Shown: positions 49,506 through 61,689 of the stretch, piece after piece
How positions within the stretch are numbered: position 1 is the first letter of the stretch
Layout: each line of letters begins with the position of its first letter
Assembly: GCF_018977255.1 (NCBI RefSeq)
Contig: NW_024704742.1
Coordinates: 134,294,001-134,358,000, forward strand
Direction of reading: 5' to 3'
DNA length: 64,000 bases
Origin: Callorhinchus milii
Taxonomy: Eukaryota
The notes under the pieces: generated by a model
Told to the model about the DNA's origin: nothing
Databases searched by the model: none
What the model saw: the letters and a program-made list of their open reading frames with translations, nothing else
Program-made: the position numbers and the translations under genes

Positions 49506-50390
49506 GTGAGTAAAAACTGTTAAGCAGTTAAGCGATAAATTGTTTAATTAGTTAAGCGCTGTGTGATACTTCCTTTGAAGATTGAGTTTCTCTGTGACAA
49601 TTTGACAGATTTTTGGCCATCTTCTCTGGTGCTGATCAGCTCAAATGACCAGATTTTCCTTGCAGGAAACTCAGTTTGCCTGGCTCAGTTGGTAGCATTC
49701 TCACCTCTGGGTCAGCAGGTCGTGGGTTCAAGCCACACGTTGGGGCTTTGAGCTCACTTAGTCTAGGCTGGCACGCCAATGCAGTGCTGGGGGGAGCGCG
49801 CAGAATGGTCAGAGATGCTGTACTTTGGATGAGCCGTTAAACTGAGGTCCTGTCTGTGTCTGTTCAGGTGGATGGTAAAGATCCCATGGAACTATTTGAA
49901 AAGAGAAGAGACCTGGCCATCATTCTGCCCCAAAATACAATCGACCGTTCACTTCACCGCTGTGTGCTAACTGGCTGCTGCGTTCACCCACAAAAATACA
50001 GTCGCTGTACTTTACAGCACATTCTTGTGCCTCGACCTCTTCACCGTACCATCACCGGCCGTGCTTTTAGCCACTACAACTTGAAGTTTTAGAATTCTTT
50101 CCCCCAATCCCTCCGATTTGCCCCCACTTTTCCCTCTTTTAGATCACGATTGAAGACTTTCCTCTTCGACTGTGCTTACGGTCACCTCCTCCCTTCCCCC
50201 CCAGCTCGGTGTCAGACTCCACCACTGTTAAGCGCTCCGAGATGCTCCGAGGTGAAGCAACTTGCAGACATGCCAGAGCTATATCAAGACCAAAGCCCTT
50301 ACTGATAGACCACTAAAGGCAGCAAGCCACCCCTCCTTAATCCCCGAGCATCTGCTGTTCCTAATCTGCCGGCTGGCATTCCTTCCTCAG

Positions 50391-50608
50391 GGTCATTCCC
50401 ATCTATCTGATCCACCGGACGGCCAACATCATTCCCTATGCCACGGTGGAGGAGGAGCTGATCGGGGACTTTGTGAAGTATTCGGTGAGGGACGGCAGGG
50501 AGCTGAACGTGGGCAGAAAGGTGTCTGAGGCCGGTCAGAAATGCTGCACCTTCCAGCACTGGGTGTATCAGAGGACTGATGGAAACCTCCTTGTGACTGA
50601 TATGCAAG
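50391..50608 (+). CDS. ALPK2: ALPK2 alpha-kinase domain exon 3
   Basis: 218 nt, [72 protein letters not shown](G). Confidence 0.97.
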
Positions 50609-51572
50609 GTCTGTCTGTCTACCTGTTTTGCTCACAAAATATGTAGTCAATCTAATTAACAATATATGCTGCGAAGCACTTTGAGACATCTCAACAATGC
50701 GATAAGCCGCTATATCAAATGCAAGGATTATTATTATTACCATCCTCCTAGGGGGAAGGGGGAGTTAAGCAGGTTCTCCTTGTTGCTGAAGGTTTCAAAG
50801 TGACTTGCTTAGCACCAGATTGTCGAAATCGGTTCACTCCCCGGTCTAATTAGTCAGGTCCTGAGCCAGGCAGGTCGGCAGTAGTCCAGGGCACTGCTGA
50901 CGACAGACCAGCCCAGCATGGCCTATTGGCAGGATTTCGAGGAACAGGGACTCTTCCCACTCAACTCCTATCAAGCCTGCAAGCTCCAAAGCCTTAACAG
51001 GTCGGGTGATCCTAGCTGGACAGCTCTCAATGACAAGCTATGCGGTGTTAGCTGGTTAAACTCTGGGGCCTAATGCTCACCAAAATTTAGTAAGCAGTGT
51101 GTGTCCCTCTGGGGAGAGAGTGTACATTCCCTTTCAGATACAGAGGAATTTTCATGTGTGAAACTCTCAGTCTGGGTTGGATACTCTTAAGCACGGTGAT
51201 GGGTTTCCGCACCAGTCGGACACCTAGCTCACCAAAGCCATTTTAGAAGCGTGTATTTTTGACGGCGCCTTTGGTCAATACCTTTAAATTTTTCCTCCTT
51301 CTCCAACATCCCAGTTGTCTTTGTTGTGAAATGTTTTGAGACATTCCTCCTATGTGATTGTCATTGTATGCAATTTACGTGCAGGTTACTATCCTGTTAT
51401 TTTATGGCTGACTTTATTTACAATAATCCACTTTACAACATATCACTTTAAGTTAATCCACTTGACAGTATATTCTGTGGAGCTCTTTGAGACATCTAAA
51501 TATTATTATTGCTTGTAATCTATTGTGACATGTTCATCAAATGAACCACCTTCTGTGATTGTTCCTCTGCAG

Positions 51573-51621
51573 GTGTGGGGATGAAGTTAACCGACATTGG
51601 GATTGCAACGTGTAGCAAAGG
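51573..51621 (+). CDS. ALPK2: ALPK2 alpha-kinase domain exon 4
   Basis: 49 nt, (G)VGMKLTDIGIATCSK(G). Bounded by tgcag| and |gtaagt. Confidence 0.95.
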
Positions 51622-53751
51622 GTAAGTGGAGAAGCTCAGACACATACCTTGCTGCGGCAGCTCCTTTTGTCGCTCAACTGATATAATATGCTTCCATTTT
51701 AAAAAATAAAAGCAAATTAAGTTCTAAGTTTTGCACCTGGGGTGTGTGTGGGGAGGGGAAAGAATAGTGCTCATTGGAACATAAACTATAGCTTAACCGA
51801 TATCCAGGTGCTGGACAATCAGTGTCAGACTTGAGCTGGGCGTCAGGATTGGGGAGGGTGGAGAGCAGGAGGGGAAGGAGGGTGACCGAAGGCATGGTCG
51901 AAGAGAAGGATCTTGAAGGAGGCAAGGGAGGGGGGGGGGGCGAGGCGGAGGGACTGCAAGACGGGGGCAGAGTGGCTGAAGACCCGCCCGTCAATGGTGG
52001 TGTGGGCGAGGCGGGGGACACGAAGCAGGACGGAGCCCGGTGAGCGGAGGGAGCGGGCAGGTTGGTAGAGGCTAGGACATGACAGTCACTACACTTCTCA
52101 GTAAAAATCGTGCGAAACATTTTGTTGATGTGATAAGGCAGCATATCAAATGGAAGGATTATTATTGTGATGAAGATCAAACTAAATCATTTTGCAAAGT
52201 GTGACAGCAGTCAACATGTACTGCACCAACAGAATCAAACGGACATGAAACAAAGAGATTCTTTGTGTAATGCTTGCATTATTACAACACCCAAAACATC
52301 AGAACATCTCAAAGCACTTCATGTGTAATTGCTATCAGGTGTAGTGGTCTTATTTTTTTCAGGCAAAATCAGCAGACAATTTGTGCAGAGCAAAGTCCAA
52401 AAAACAGTGAGGAGGTGAATGATCAATCAATTCGGAGAATTTGGGGCCTTAACTTACAAACACAGAAATAAACAGCGAGCAGAAAGCCATTTGGCCTATC
52501 CATGTGTGCTGCCTCTTTTAAAGAGCAATCCTTTTAGTCCCATTTACCTGACCTTCCCCCACATCCCTGCAGTTTACGTCACCTCCAATTGATTCAACAA
52601 CAACAACAACAACAAGAAGATTCCATTTATAAAGCGCCTTTCACGTCAGGAGGACGTCCCAAGGCGCTGCACAGTTGGGTCATGACCCGAGCAGGGGGGA
52701 AATGGTCAGGGTGAGGGGAGGGGAGGGAGCGAGGAGGGGGGAAATGGTCAGGGTGAGGGGAGGGATGGGAGGGAGCGAGAAGGGGGAAGAGAGTCGAGAG
52801 GGGAGCTGAAGGCTCGGTCAAAGAGAAAATTTCACAACGTAACTTATGGCTTGAGAAACACTTTGAGATGTTTCGGCGTGATAAAGCACCAGATCAAAAT
52901 CCAAATTGTCATTACCATTAGTTGGGGAAGAGGCAGGTCAATGGAACAGCCTGGGTTCTTGTCTCAAAACAATCAGATGTGATGGGCTGAATGGCCTTTT
53001 TTTGTACTGAAAAATCTCAATGGATTTTTGGCTCTTGTATAGGCCTCCTACCACCACCTTCACCTCGGATAATGTCACAGAGCACTTAATAATGACAGGG
53101 TCAGCGCTCAGCAAAGGAGAGTAAAGGGGGAGGTGATAGACCAAGAGGTAGGTTTTTAGCTGTGATTTAATGACAGATGGGGGCAGGGGAGGGCAAGATG
53201 GAGAAGTAGATGGAGGGGTTTTCAGAGGATAGCGGTATATTGTTGGAAGTTTGACCACAGATGGTGAGCATGGGAGCGGGGCACACAGCAGATTAGCCTA
53301 AGCAAGATATGCGAGCAGAGGAGTGGGATAGGAGAAGGGACCACAGAGATAAGGAGATGCTGGGCCATAAAGTTTAATGAAAGGCATCACATTTCAGGTT
53401 ACTATTCTAACCAGTGGTTGTGGAGTCCCATCGTGTAATGGTTAGTGCACGTAAGCTTCCTTACTCCACACATCTCTGTTTACCGAGCAATAAGTAGGAA
53501 CCTGGTTGTTAATCAATTGGCGGATCACTTTCCATGGTTAATAAACCCTTTAAAAAAACACTCAATCCACGCCTGTTTGTGGGACACTGCTGTGCGCAAT
53601 TGGCTGCCACATTTTGCCCACAAAATACATAATCAATTCACTTTGCAATTTATTCTATGAAGAGCTTTGAGATGTCTCAACAATGTGATACAACTATCAA
53701 AATTTAAGGATTATTCTTAGTAGTCTTCTTATCATTATTATTTATTTCTAG

Positions 53752-53947
53752 GTACAAAGGATTTAAAGGGAACTGTTACATCTCCTTCATTGAGCAGTTC
53801 AAAGCTCTCCACCAGTGTAATCAGTATTGCAACATGATGGGTTTGAAGTCTCTGAAAACCAGCCAGCAGAAACCCAAAAGGACAGGCTCAGTGAAGACCC
53901 ACCTGACTCACAACCAATCCCGCACTCAACAGAGAAAATACCGCTGA
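53752..53947 (+). CDS. ALPK2: ALPK2 last coding exon (zinc-binding tail of the alpha-kinase, stop TGA)
   Basis: [64 protein letters not shown]. Confidence 0.95.
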
Positions 53948-54504
53948 CCCTACAGTCTACATACAGACTTAAAAAAATCTCAGCCCTCGGACACAGAGAG
54001 AAACCTTCTAAGAGAAGAACTGGCAGGAACATCTATAAGTCTTTTCAGCCTCCGTGAACTGGAACTACGTGAGCAGAGTGCTACACTCACAAGGTCTTAT
54101 TGTGTCCCGAGATCCTTAGCGTCATTTTTGGAGAGTGGTTTGTCTTCATTTACATTACGTGTGAAACTATTAGTTCTGCAGTTCAGGGCTTCCAGCATGG
54201 AGATCTGTAATGTCATTTCAAACCCAGAAGGGAGAAACTGCCTGACAGGGTGGTGGAAGCAGATTCGATTGTAGGTTTCAAAAGGGAATTGGAAATATAC
54301 TTGAAAAGGAAAAAAACTTGCAGGGCTATGGGGTAAGAGCAAGAGAGTGGGACTAGTTGGATTGCTCTTTCAAAGAGATGGCACAGGCACGATGGGCTGA
54401 ATGGCCTCCTTCTGTGCTGTAAGATTCTATCATTCTATCAAACTCCTCTGTTGCCTTCTTGTATCCCCTCTTCATGTGGAACACAGTGACAGGAGTAGAA
54501 AAGT

Positions 54505-54807
54505 GGAGTTCTGTAGCTCAGTGGTTAGAGCACTAGCCTTGCAAGCGAGAGATCTAGGTTCGATTCCTGGCAGGGTGAAACCTTCAGCAAGTCTCCTTAC
54601 TCTACATGCCTTATAATAATCCCTCAAGAAAAAAACCAATAACAATTTGGTTACTCAATCCACGACTGCTTGTGGGACACTGCTGTGCGCAATTGGCTGC
54701 CGCGTTTTGCCCACAAATTCACTTTACAGTCTATTCTGTGAAGCACTTTGAGAAGTCTAGAAGACGTGAAAAGCGCTACATCAAATGCAAGGATTATTAT
54801 TATTATT
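54505..54807 (+). mobile_element. tRNA-derived Deu-type SINE, short variant, downstream of the ALPK2 stop codon
   Basis: ggagttctgtagctcagtggttagagc head and ggattattattattatt tail. Confidence 0.85.
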
Positions 54808-57800
54808 GGACCATTCAGCCCCTCAAGCCTGTTCCACCATTCTATTAGATCATGGCTGATCTGTACCCCAACTCTACTTACCTGCCTCTGCTCCATATCG
54901 CTTGACACCCTGACCTAACAAGAGAAGATCATCTGGACTCATTCAGGAAACAGCCACATGCTGTGATGTGCAGGTATTCTGGAAGGATGAGATCAAGTGG
55001 GCTGTATATCCACCTCTCTCTATGGCTTCAAACTAAATAAATGTCAATCCACTTGTGAAGTTCTCTCTCCATTGACATCCTAGAAGGTTGAAGTGGAGCT
55101 AAGTGGGTTTGCTTTCACTGCCCCGTGTTTTCTAATCTGCATTGTGACAATAGCACTAAGAGACTGTCAATGTTTATGGTTTTGTGCAATTCTGAGCATG
55201 AGAATATAGTTAAATCGGATCTCTAGTAGCACGTTACAACACAGGAGCAGTAGGAGGCCATTCAGCCCATCAAGCCTGTTCCACCCAGATGAGCCTAACC
55301 TCATTTGAATCTGTTTTCAATGGTTCTGTTTGAAATCCTAATAAAAAACTTGATCTTCTTACTTTTGGTGAGCTGGGGAGAGGAGAACCACATGAATTTA
55401 TTTATACAAGGGAAGTCCATCTGGCCCAGAGAAATATTGACCATTATTCTCAGCTACAGCAGGAGATGCAGTGATGGAGAACTGATTATTTTAGATACGT
55501 TGCAATTAATTGTCAACATAAAGCACTCTTAATAAAAAAAGTAATATTTTGGTCACTCAATCCACGACTGTTTGTGAGACATTGCTAAGTGCAATTGGCT
55601 GCTGTGTTCGCCCACAAAACACACAGTCACTCCACTTTATATTTTATTCTGTGAAGCACTTTGGGATTTCCTTTTGACATGCTATATCAAATGCAAGAAT
55701 TATTACTGTAATTACGATTATTATTAATAGGTGTTTTGTTTTCTATACGTTGGTGATTTTCAATAACTTTGAATGGAAGGGTGACTGAATGGATGGAGCA
55801 ATTATTTCAATTTTTTTAAAAATAATTTTCATAATTTCAAAAAAAATTCACAAAATAAACTCAATTTGGGGAAAATACACATAAAAGTGTTTTTTAATAA
55901 AACAAATCCTTTGATGTCAATTGCATATGAGATGTTGTGGTCATTATTTCCCAGGAACCTATTCTTGCACTGATTAGATCGTCTTATAGCAAAGGTTAAA
56001 TAGAATACAGAAATGTACACAGTGTGGAGAAAGGGCAGGTAAATGGGACTGAAAGTATTGCTCTTTAAAAGAGCTGGCACAGGCACGATGGGCTGAATAG
56101 CTTTCTTCTCTGCTTTAAATTTCTATGTTTCTAAAGAAAATAAATCGGCCGTTCAACCCATCCTAGCATGTTTCTTTACTTATTCCGCATGCCTTTCTTT
56201 ACCCAGCAGTAAGTAGGAACCCGGTTGTTAGTCGATTGGCGGATCGCTTTCCAGGGGTAATAATCCTTTATAAAAAAANCTGACAGGCCCCCACCACCCC
56301 ACTATCAGCATGTCTGACACATGCTTATATCCATCACCATGTTAAGATTATCCAAACCACACCAAGTGTTCCATCCATACATGTCACTTACACATGGAGA
56401 TTTCCCTGTGTCTGGAATGGGATGCACACTCTCTTCCCAAGGGACGTGTCCGGCTTATTACCTAATTCCAGAAAATATGAGGTGCAAGTTGTCAAGAGCC
56501 AAGGTTTGGGGAGCGTTTTCTGCGGTAATTACTGGAGTTTAACCAGATAAAAATACATAGATTCCCATTGAGAGCACTATCTGGCAAACTTCCCCACTGC
56601 TTGTCCAGCTAGGACTAGCCTAGTCCTGTTAGGGCTTCAGGTTGCGGGTTAACAGTTTTCACTATTATTGATGATATCGCACACTGAACAGACGACAGGG
56701 GTTTGTATCTTTAGCAGTAAGAAATTTGACAGAATTACATAGAACACTCCAGCACAGAAACAAACCTTGTTTTAGTTTTATTTACTTTTATATCTTCAAT
56801 ATAATTAAACACTTAAGCAGAAAACATGTCCATTACAACAATAAGGTTACATTTATATAGCGCCTTTCAACAACAACAGCAACAAGAAATTACATTTGTA
56901 TAGCGCCTTCACATCGGTAGGACATCCCAAGGCACTGAATAAAAGTGCTGTTATCAGAATCTCAGAGCGCTCGACAGTGGTGTGGTTTGAACAGTGAGCT
57001 GGAAAGAGAGGGGAAATGGCTGAAGACAAGGTCAAAGAGGAAAGTCATCAGGTGTGATTTGAAGATGGGCAAAGAGGAGGCAAGTCAGAGGGATTGAGGC
57101 TGGGAGTTCCAGAGATTTGGGACACAGTGGCTGAAACCACGGCCAACGGAGGTGGAGTGGAGGGGACGAGGGACATGCAGAAGACCTGAGCCAGTTGAGC
57201 GAAAGCGGTGGGTAGTGAGTGTTGTATAAGGTAAATAACCCTACAATGCAACTAACCATACACATCAATAAAATGAGGCTAAGACCAGGATATAAAACCT
57301 CGGGCTCTGTGATCTAACAATATATATGTTAACACGTTTTCATTATGTATATTATACATTAATGTTTCTAGTCAGAGTCCTGCAGCACATTTTATCAAAC
57401 TGTATTCAAAGACTTGAATAGGCAAAACGTATTCCTAAATAAACACGTTAAAGCATAGATAGCAATTACACATCTGTACGTCAGATCTATAACCATAACA
57501 TAATCTTTGCTGGAATGGCAACAACAACAACTTGGATTTATATAGCGCCCTCCACGCCGGACAGCATCTCAGAGCGCTTTACAGAAACGCAGCTTTCATG
57601 TAAGGCGGATGTTCTAAAGTGCTTCACAGGATACACTGTGAAGTGGAATGACTGTGATTGTGGGTGAATCCAGCAGCCCGATTACCCCCGTTTCACTAAA
57701 GAAATACAATAACACCAAATTCTAGACTCTGAGGCCATTTTGCTACATTTTGAGCTGGTTGAGCTCCAGCGGTTATCTCCAATGCACATACAGGAGACCC

Positions 57801-58889
57801 CAAGCCTTGGTTCTTTCCAACCTGCGCATAACACTCTGCAGAATTAGATGAGTACAGTGTAATCTTACATTTGAACCTGGGTCCTCTCACTTGCGAGATG
57901 AGTGCTCAAACCAATACACTACGGGATTTAAGTAACAGTGATAGGTCAGACACCCCGCTGACCAAAAAGGAAATGCGTCGGTCACAAATTTGCTTTAGGC
58001 TCTTCTAGAATTATCTGTTCACAGTCGTCCAATTTTATTGATAAGAATTTGGCTTTAAATCGTTCAGTTTTTTCTCGGAAGTTTCGCGAGGGCCTAGGAT
58101 GATGCAAGGCTTCTTTTTAAATATACATCATATATAAAAGAACAATAATAATCAACAACAACTTGCATTTATATAACGCCCTTCACACATGGTAGCGTCC
58201 CGGAGTGCTTCACAGTGGTGGAGTCTGACAATGAGCCAGTGGGAGAGGGAGGGGGAAGGTGATCATAAGCAAGGTCTTAAGGCGGGATTTGAGGGTGGGG
58301 AGGGAAAGGACAAGGCATAGGGATTGAGGGAGAACGTTCCAAAAATTTCAGGGTGTAGTGGCTGAAAGCGCGACTTCCAATGGTGGAACTGAGGGTGCTA
58401 GCGACAATCCTTTCACTTTGGGGAGGGCGTCTGAAAGCACTTCATAGAGGACACTGTGTATTTTGCAATAATAAAACTTTTTGTTGTTGTTGTATTTGTT
58501 ATAGCGCCTTATCACGTTGCTAAGATGATTCAAAGCGCTTCACAGGGTTTTACTGTGAAGTGGTATTTGTGGGTGAACGTGGCAGCCAATTTGCGCACAG
58601 CGATGTCCCATAAACAGTTTTATCTGGGGGATTGTTGAAATCGGACACCGGGAGAAACCCCCCTTCCCTTTTTCAAATAGTACTGCAGGATCTTTAACGT
58701 CCGCTTGAAACAGACAGACATAGGTCTCAGTTTAACATCTCAATCATAGGACAGCACCTCGTACAATGCAGCACTCACACCCTTTACAACACTGGAGCAT
58801 CAGCCTCAACTATATGAGTCCCAAGTACACTACTATACAGTATATATATAGAAATAAAAGTTGTGTTGAGAAATGATCTGTGCAGAATC

Positions 58890-58975
58890 CTGCGGCCGTG
58901 TTTATTTAGTGTGATAATGGCGTTTGATGTCAGTGATTACAAACACCATTGTCACACTCCATAGTCACTGGTAGC
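58890..58975 (-). ncRNA. MIR122: pre-miR-122 hairpin
   Basis: 58940-58961 on minus reads UGGAGUGUGACAAUGGUGUUUG (miR-122-5p) and 58903-58924 reads AACGCCAUUAUCACACUAAAUA (miR-122-3p), with a 15-nt spacer. It lies 3' of ALPK2 on the opposite strand, as in mammals. Confidence 0.98.
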
Positions 58976-59065
58976 ATCAAGTCTTAGAGAAAACAGCTGT
59001 CAGCGGAGAATGGACAAGTATAAATTCCACCATCTTCCTTCAATTCGCTCCACAATAGAACAGAC

Positions 59066-60015
59066 CTGATAAAAAGAAGTTGAACGGTTTGTAACATAAC
59101 CTCTGAACTGATATAAATACTATTTCCCGTCAACTCTTTATACATATATTATATAATTTTTAAAACACCAGATTTAAATAATGAATAATATATATTATTT
59201 AACTATTCGTAAATACTTAATTATTTAATAATTTATATTATTATTAACAATAAAATAATAGACCTTGGATTTGATACAGCGCCTTATCATGTCTGCGAGA
59301 GATCTCAATGCGCTTCACAGAATGTAATGTAAAATGAATTGACTGTATATTTTGTGTGCTATTTAAATAAGTCATTTTATTAATATTAGAGAGAGAGAGA
59401 GAAAAAAATCAAATTAAAACGTTTGCAACTGGAACAACTACCACTTTGAATAGCAGTTGCAAGTGTTTTCATTTTCTCTATATAGAACTATAATTTTAAA
59501 TCACAAACGTGTTTAATCCCCCTAAAAATTATTGTTCTTTTGTCAAGCATCAACTTTAAAAAAAATTAAATAAAATGAATAATAGATACATTTACAAGTA
59601 ATTACAAATGTTTGGTGATTGTAAATATACAGTATTTTAAAATCACAAAACTAACAATTGGGTAACAATCCACCTATTATTATTTTTAAAATAAAAGCTA
59701 TTCTATTGTATGCGTTAAATAGAAAATATACTTTTAAATGGGCTTGTAATTTTTGTGGACCCACAATGTTACAGCGTTAGCTTTCATCAGGAAGCAAATT
59801 CAATCAGCAATTAGACCACATTTGATTCTTAGAAGCAATGAACAGTGAGTGAATGAGCAACACTGGTAAAAAGGGTAAGATCATTGCTCACTCTTAAACA
59901 GGACAATTTAAATACATGATCTAACAGAGGTTATGGAAGAACAGCACTCACTTAAAGAGTTTTAATTATGTTCTTATTTTTAAAGAAATGTATGCTGATA
60001 TATTTAGACACTCAC
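59066..60015 (-). other. Putative intron of the pri-miR-122 host transcript
   Basis: Donor CAG|gtgagt at 60015 and acceptor cttctttttatcag| at 59066, about 100 nt upstream of the hairpin. Confidence 0.55.
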
Positions 60016-60189
60016 CTGAAGAGTAGGGTCTGATATCTGCAATTACAGGTACATTTCCATTTACACGTTCAAACTAACTGTGTATGGATCAGTGCTTAAT
60101 TACATGTGTTAAACCTGCAACTCGTGTCTGGAGCCTGGCGATAAGAGTCTGTTTCTTGCTGTTTAGCAGTCTGGAATCCTCCCTCCCCT

Positions 60190-60360
60190 TTTCTCTTCTC
60201 TTTATGCATTTGTCTGGTTTTAAAACAAACAAATGTGATCCTTCTACTATACGTCACCTGGCAGTATTGATCTGTTCGCCTTGTCACTGTTTGAGTTGCC
60301 TTTTTTTTTCATTCAGTCCCAATCCAGAGGCTAAAACAAACATCGAGCAGTATTGCTATT
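60190..60360 (-). promoter_or_regulatory. Putative pri-miR-122 promoter (FOXA-type, ONECUT-type, CRE-like and CATAAA motifs)
   Basis: Minus strand: TGTTTGT at 60336-60342 and 60225-60231, ATCAATA at 60265-60271, TGACGTA at 60250-60256, CATAAAG at 60200-60206. Confidence 0.6.
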
Positions 60361-61689
60361 CCGTTTGAAAAGGTTGAAAACTCCCCCTCAACTTTTTTTT
60401 CCCAACAAAATCAAAAGTTTAAAAGTTTTTGGAACTACTGTTTATTCCCCCCACTCTTACTACTACCTCTCTCTCTCTCTCTCTCTCTACCCAGCCTCCA
60501 AAAAGAAAGGTAATAATTCCTTCAAAAACAATAATAATAGTTTGGCCGCTCAATCCACGACTGTTTGTGGGACACTGCTGTGCGCAATTTGCTGCTGCGT
60601 TGCGCCCACAAAATATACAGTCAATTCATTTTGCAGTATACTCTGTGAAGCACTTTGAGATGTCTCAACAACGTGATAAGGTGCTACATCAAATGCAAGG
60701 ATTATTATTGTTATTTTTGTTGGAATTTTGCTGCAATGATAATAATCCTTACATTGCAATCCTTACAATGCAAAATTACATTTGTAAAGTGCCCTTCACC
60801 TCAGGAGGCCGCCACACCGGATTTTACTGTAAAGCGTAGTGACTGTGCATTTGTGATATCCTTGGGATGTCATCCAGACGTGAAAGATGCCTCAAATGTA
60901 ATCTTGTATTGTAATTTGTAGGTGAAACGCAGCAGCCAATTTGCACACAGCATTGTCTAACAAACAGCCATGGAGTCAGTGGTCAATTTTATTTGGGGGG
61001 ATTGTCGGCTCGGACACTGGGAGAGAGCCTTGGTTTAACGTCTCATCCAAAAGATGGTATCTTAAACAATGTGTTGCTACCCTCCCAGCACTGCACTGGA
61101 GTATCAGCCTGAACTATGTGAGATTGTATTCGGGGCGGGGGGTTGTAGGGGGAATAAGACCTGCCCAAATATTAAGAAATTGGATTTGGGAATGATTTAA
61201 TTTAGGAATAAATTGATTTAAAATTCAAATTATAACATGAATCAATTGTACGAATTTGTGTTAATGACAATGATAATCCTTGCATTTGGTTATAGCGTCT
61301 TATCACGTCATTGAGATATCTCAAAGTGCTTCACAGGATATACTGTAAAGTGCAATGACTGGATATTTTGTGGGTGAAACGTGGCAGCGGTGTCCCACAA
61401 ACAGTCGTAGCGTGAGTGACCCAATGCTTTACACACACTTATGGACCTGCGTAAAAGGTTGTAAACACAACCTTGTAAAAGAGGGGTAGATGGGACTCTG
61501 AACTTATCAGTTTTGATTACTCTAAAACTGTTGGGTCACTAATCAAATCTAACAAACTATGCTGGAGAAATTCCACTGATATCCACCTAATCCACTTCCT
61601 GAGACTTTGGAATGTCCTGAATTTGGCAAATTGTTAAATACAAGTCTTAATTTTGAAGCAAATCTTCTGCAAATAATTATCAACTTCTC

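Noticed and set aside
52694..52780. ~42-bp G-rich tandem duplication (ggggaaatggtcagggtgaggggaggg x2)
   Set aside because: Local slippage within an L2 tail, with no sign of function.
47997..53947. Assignment as ALPK3
   Set aside because: The kinase motifs ([43 protein letters not shown]) and the miR-122/MALT1 neighbours are ALPK2-type.
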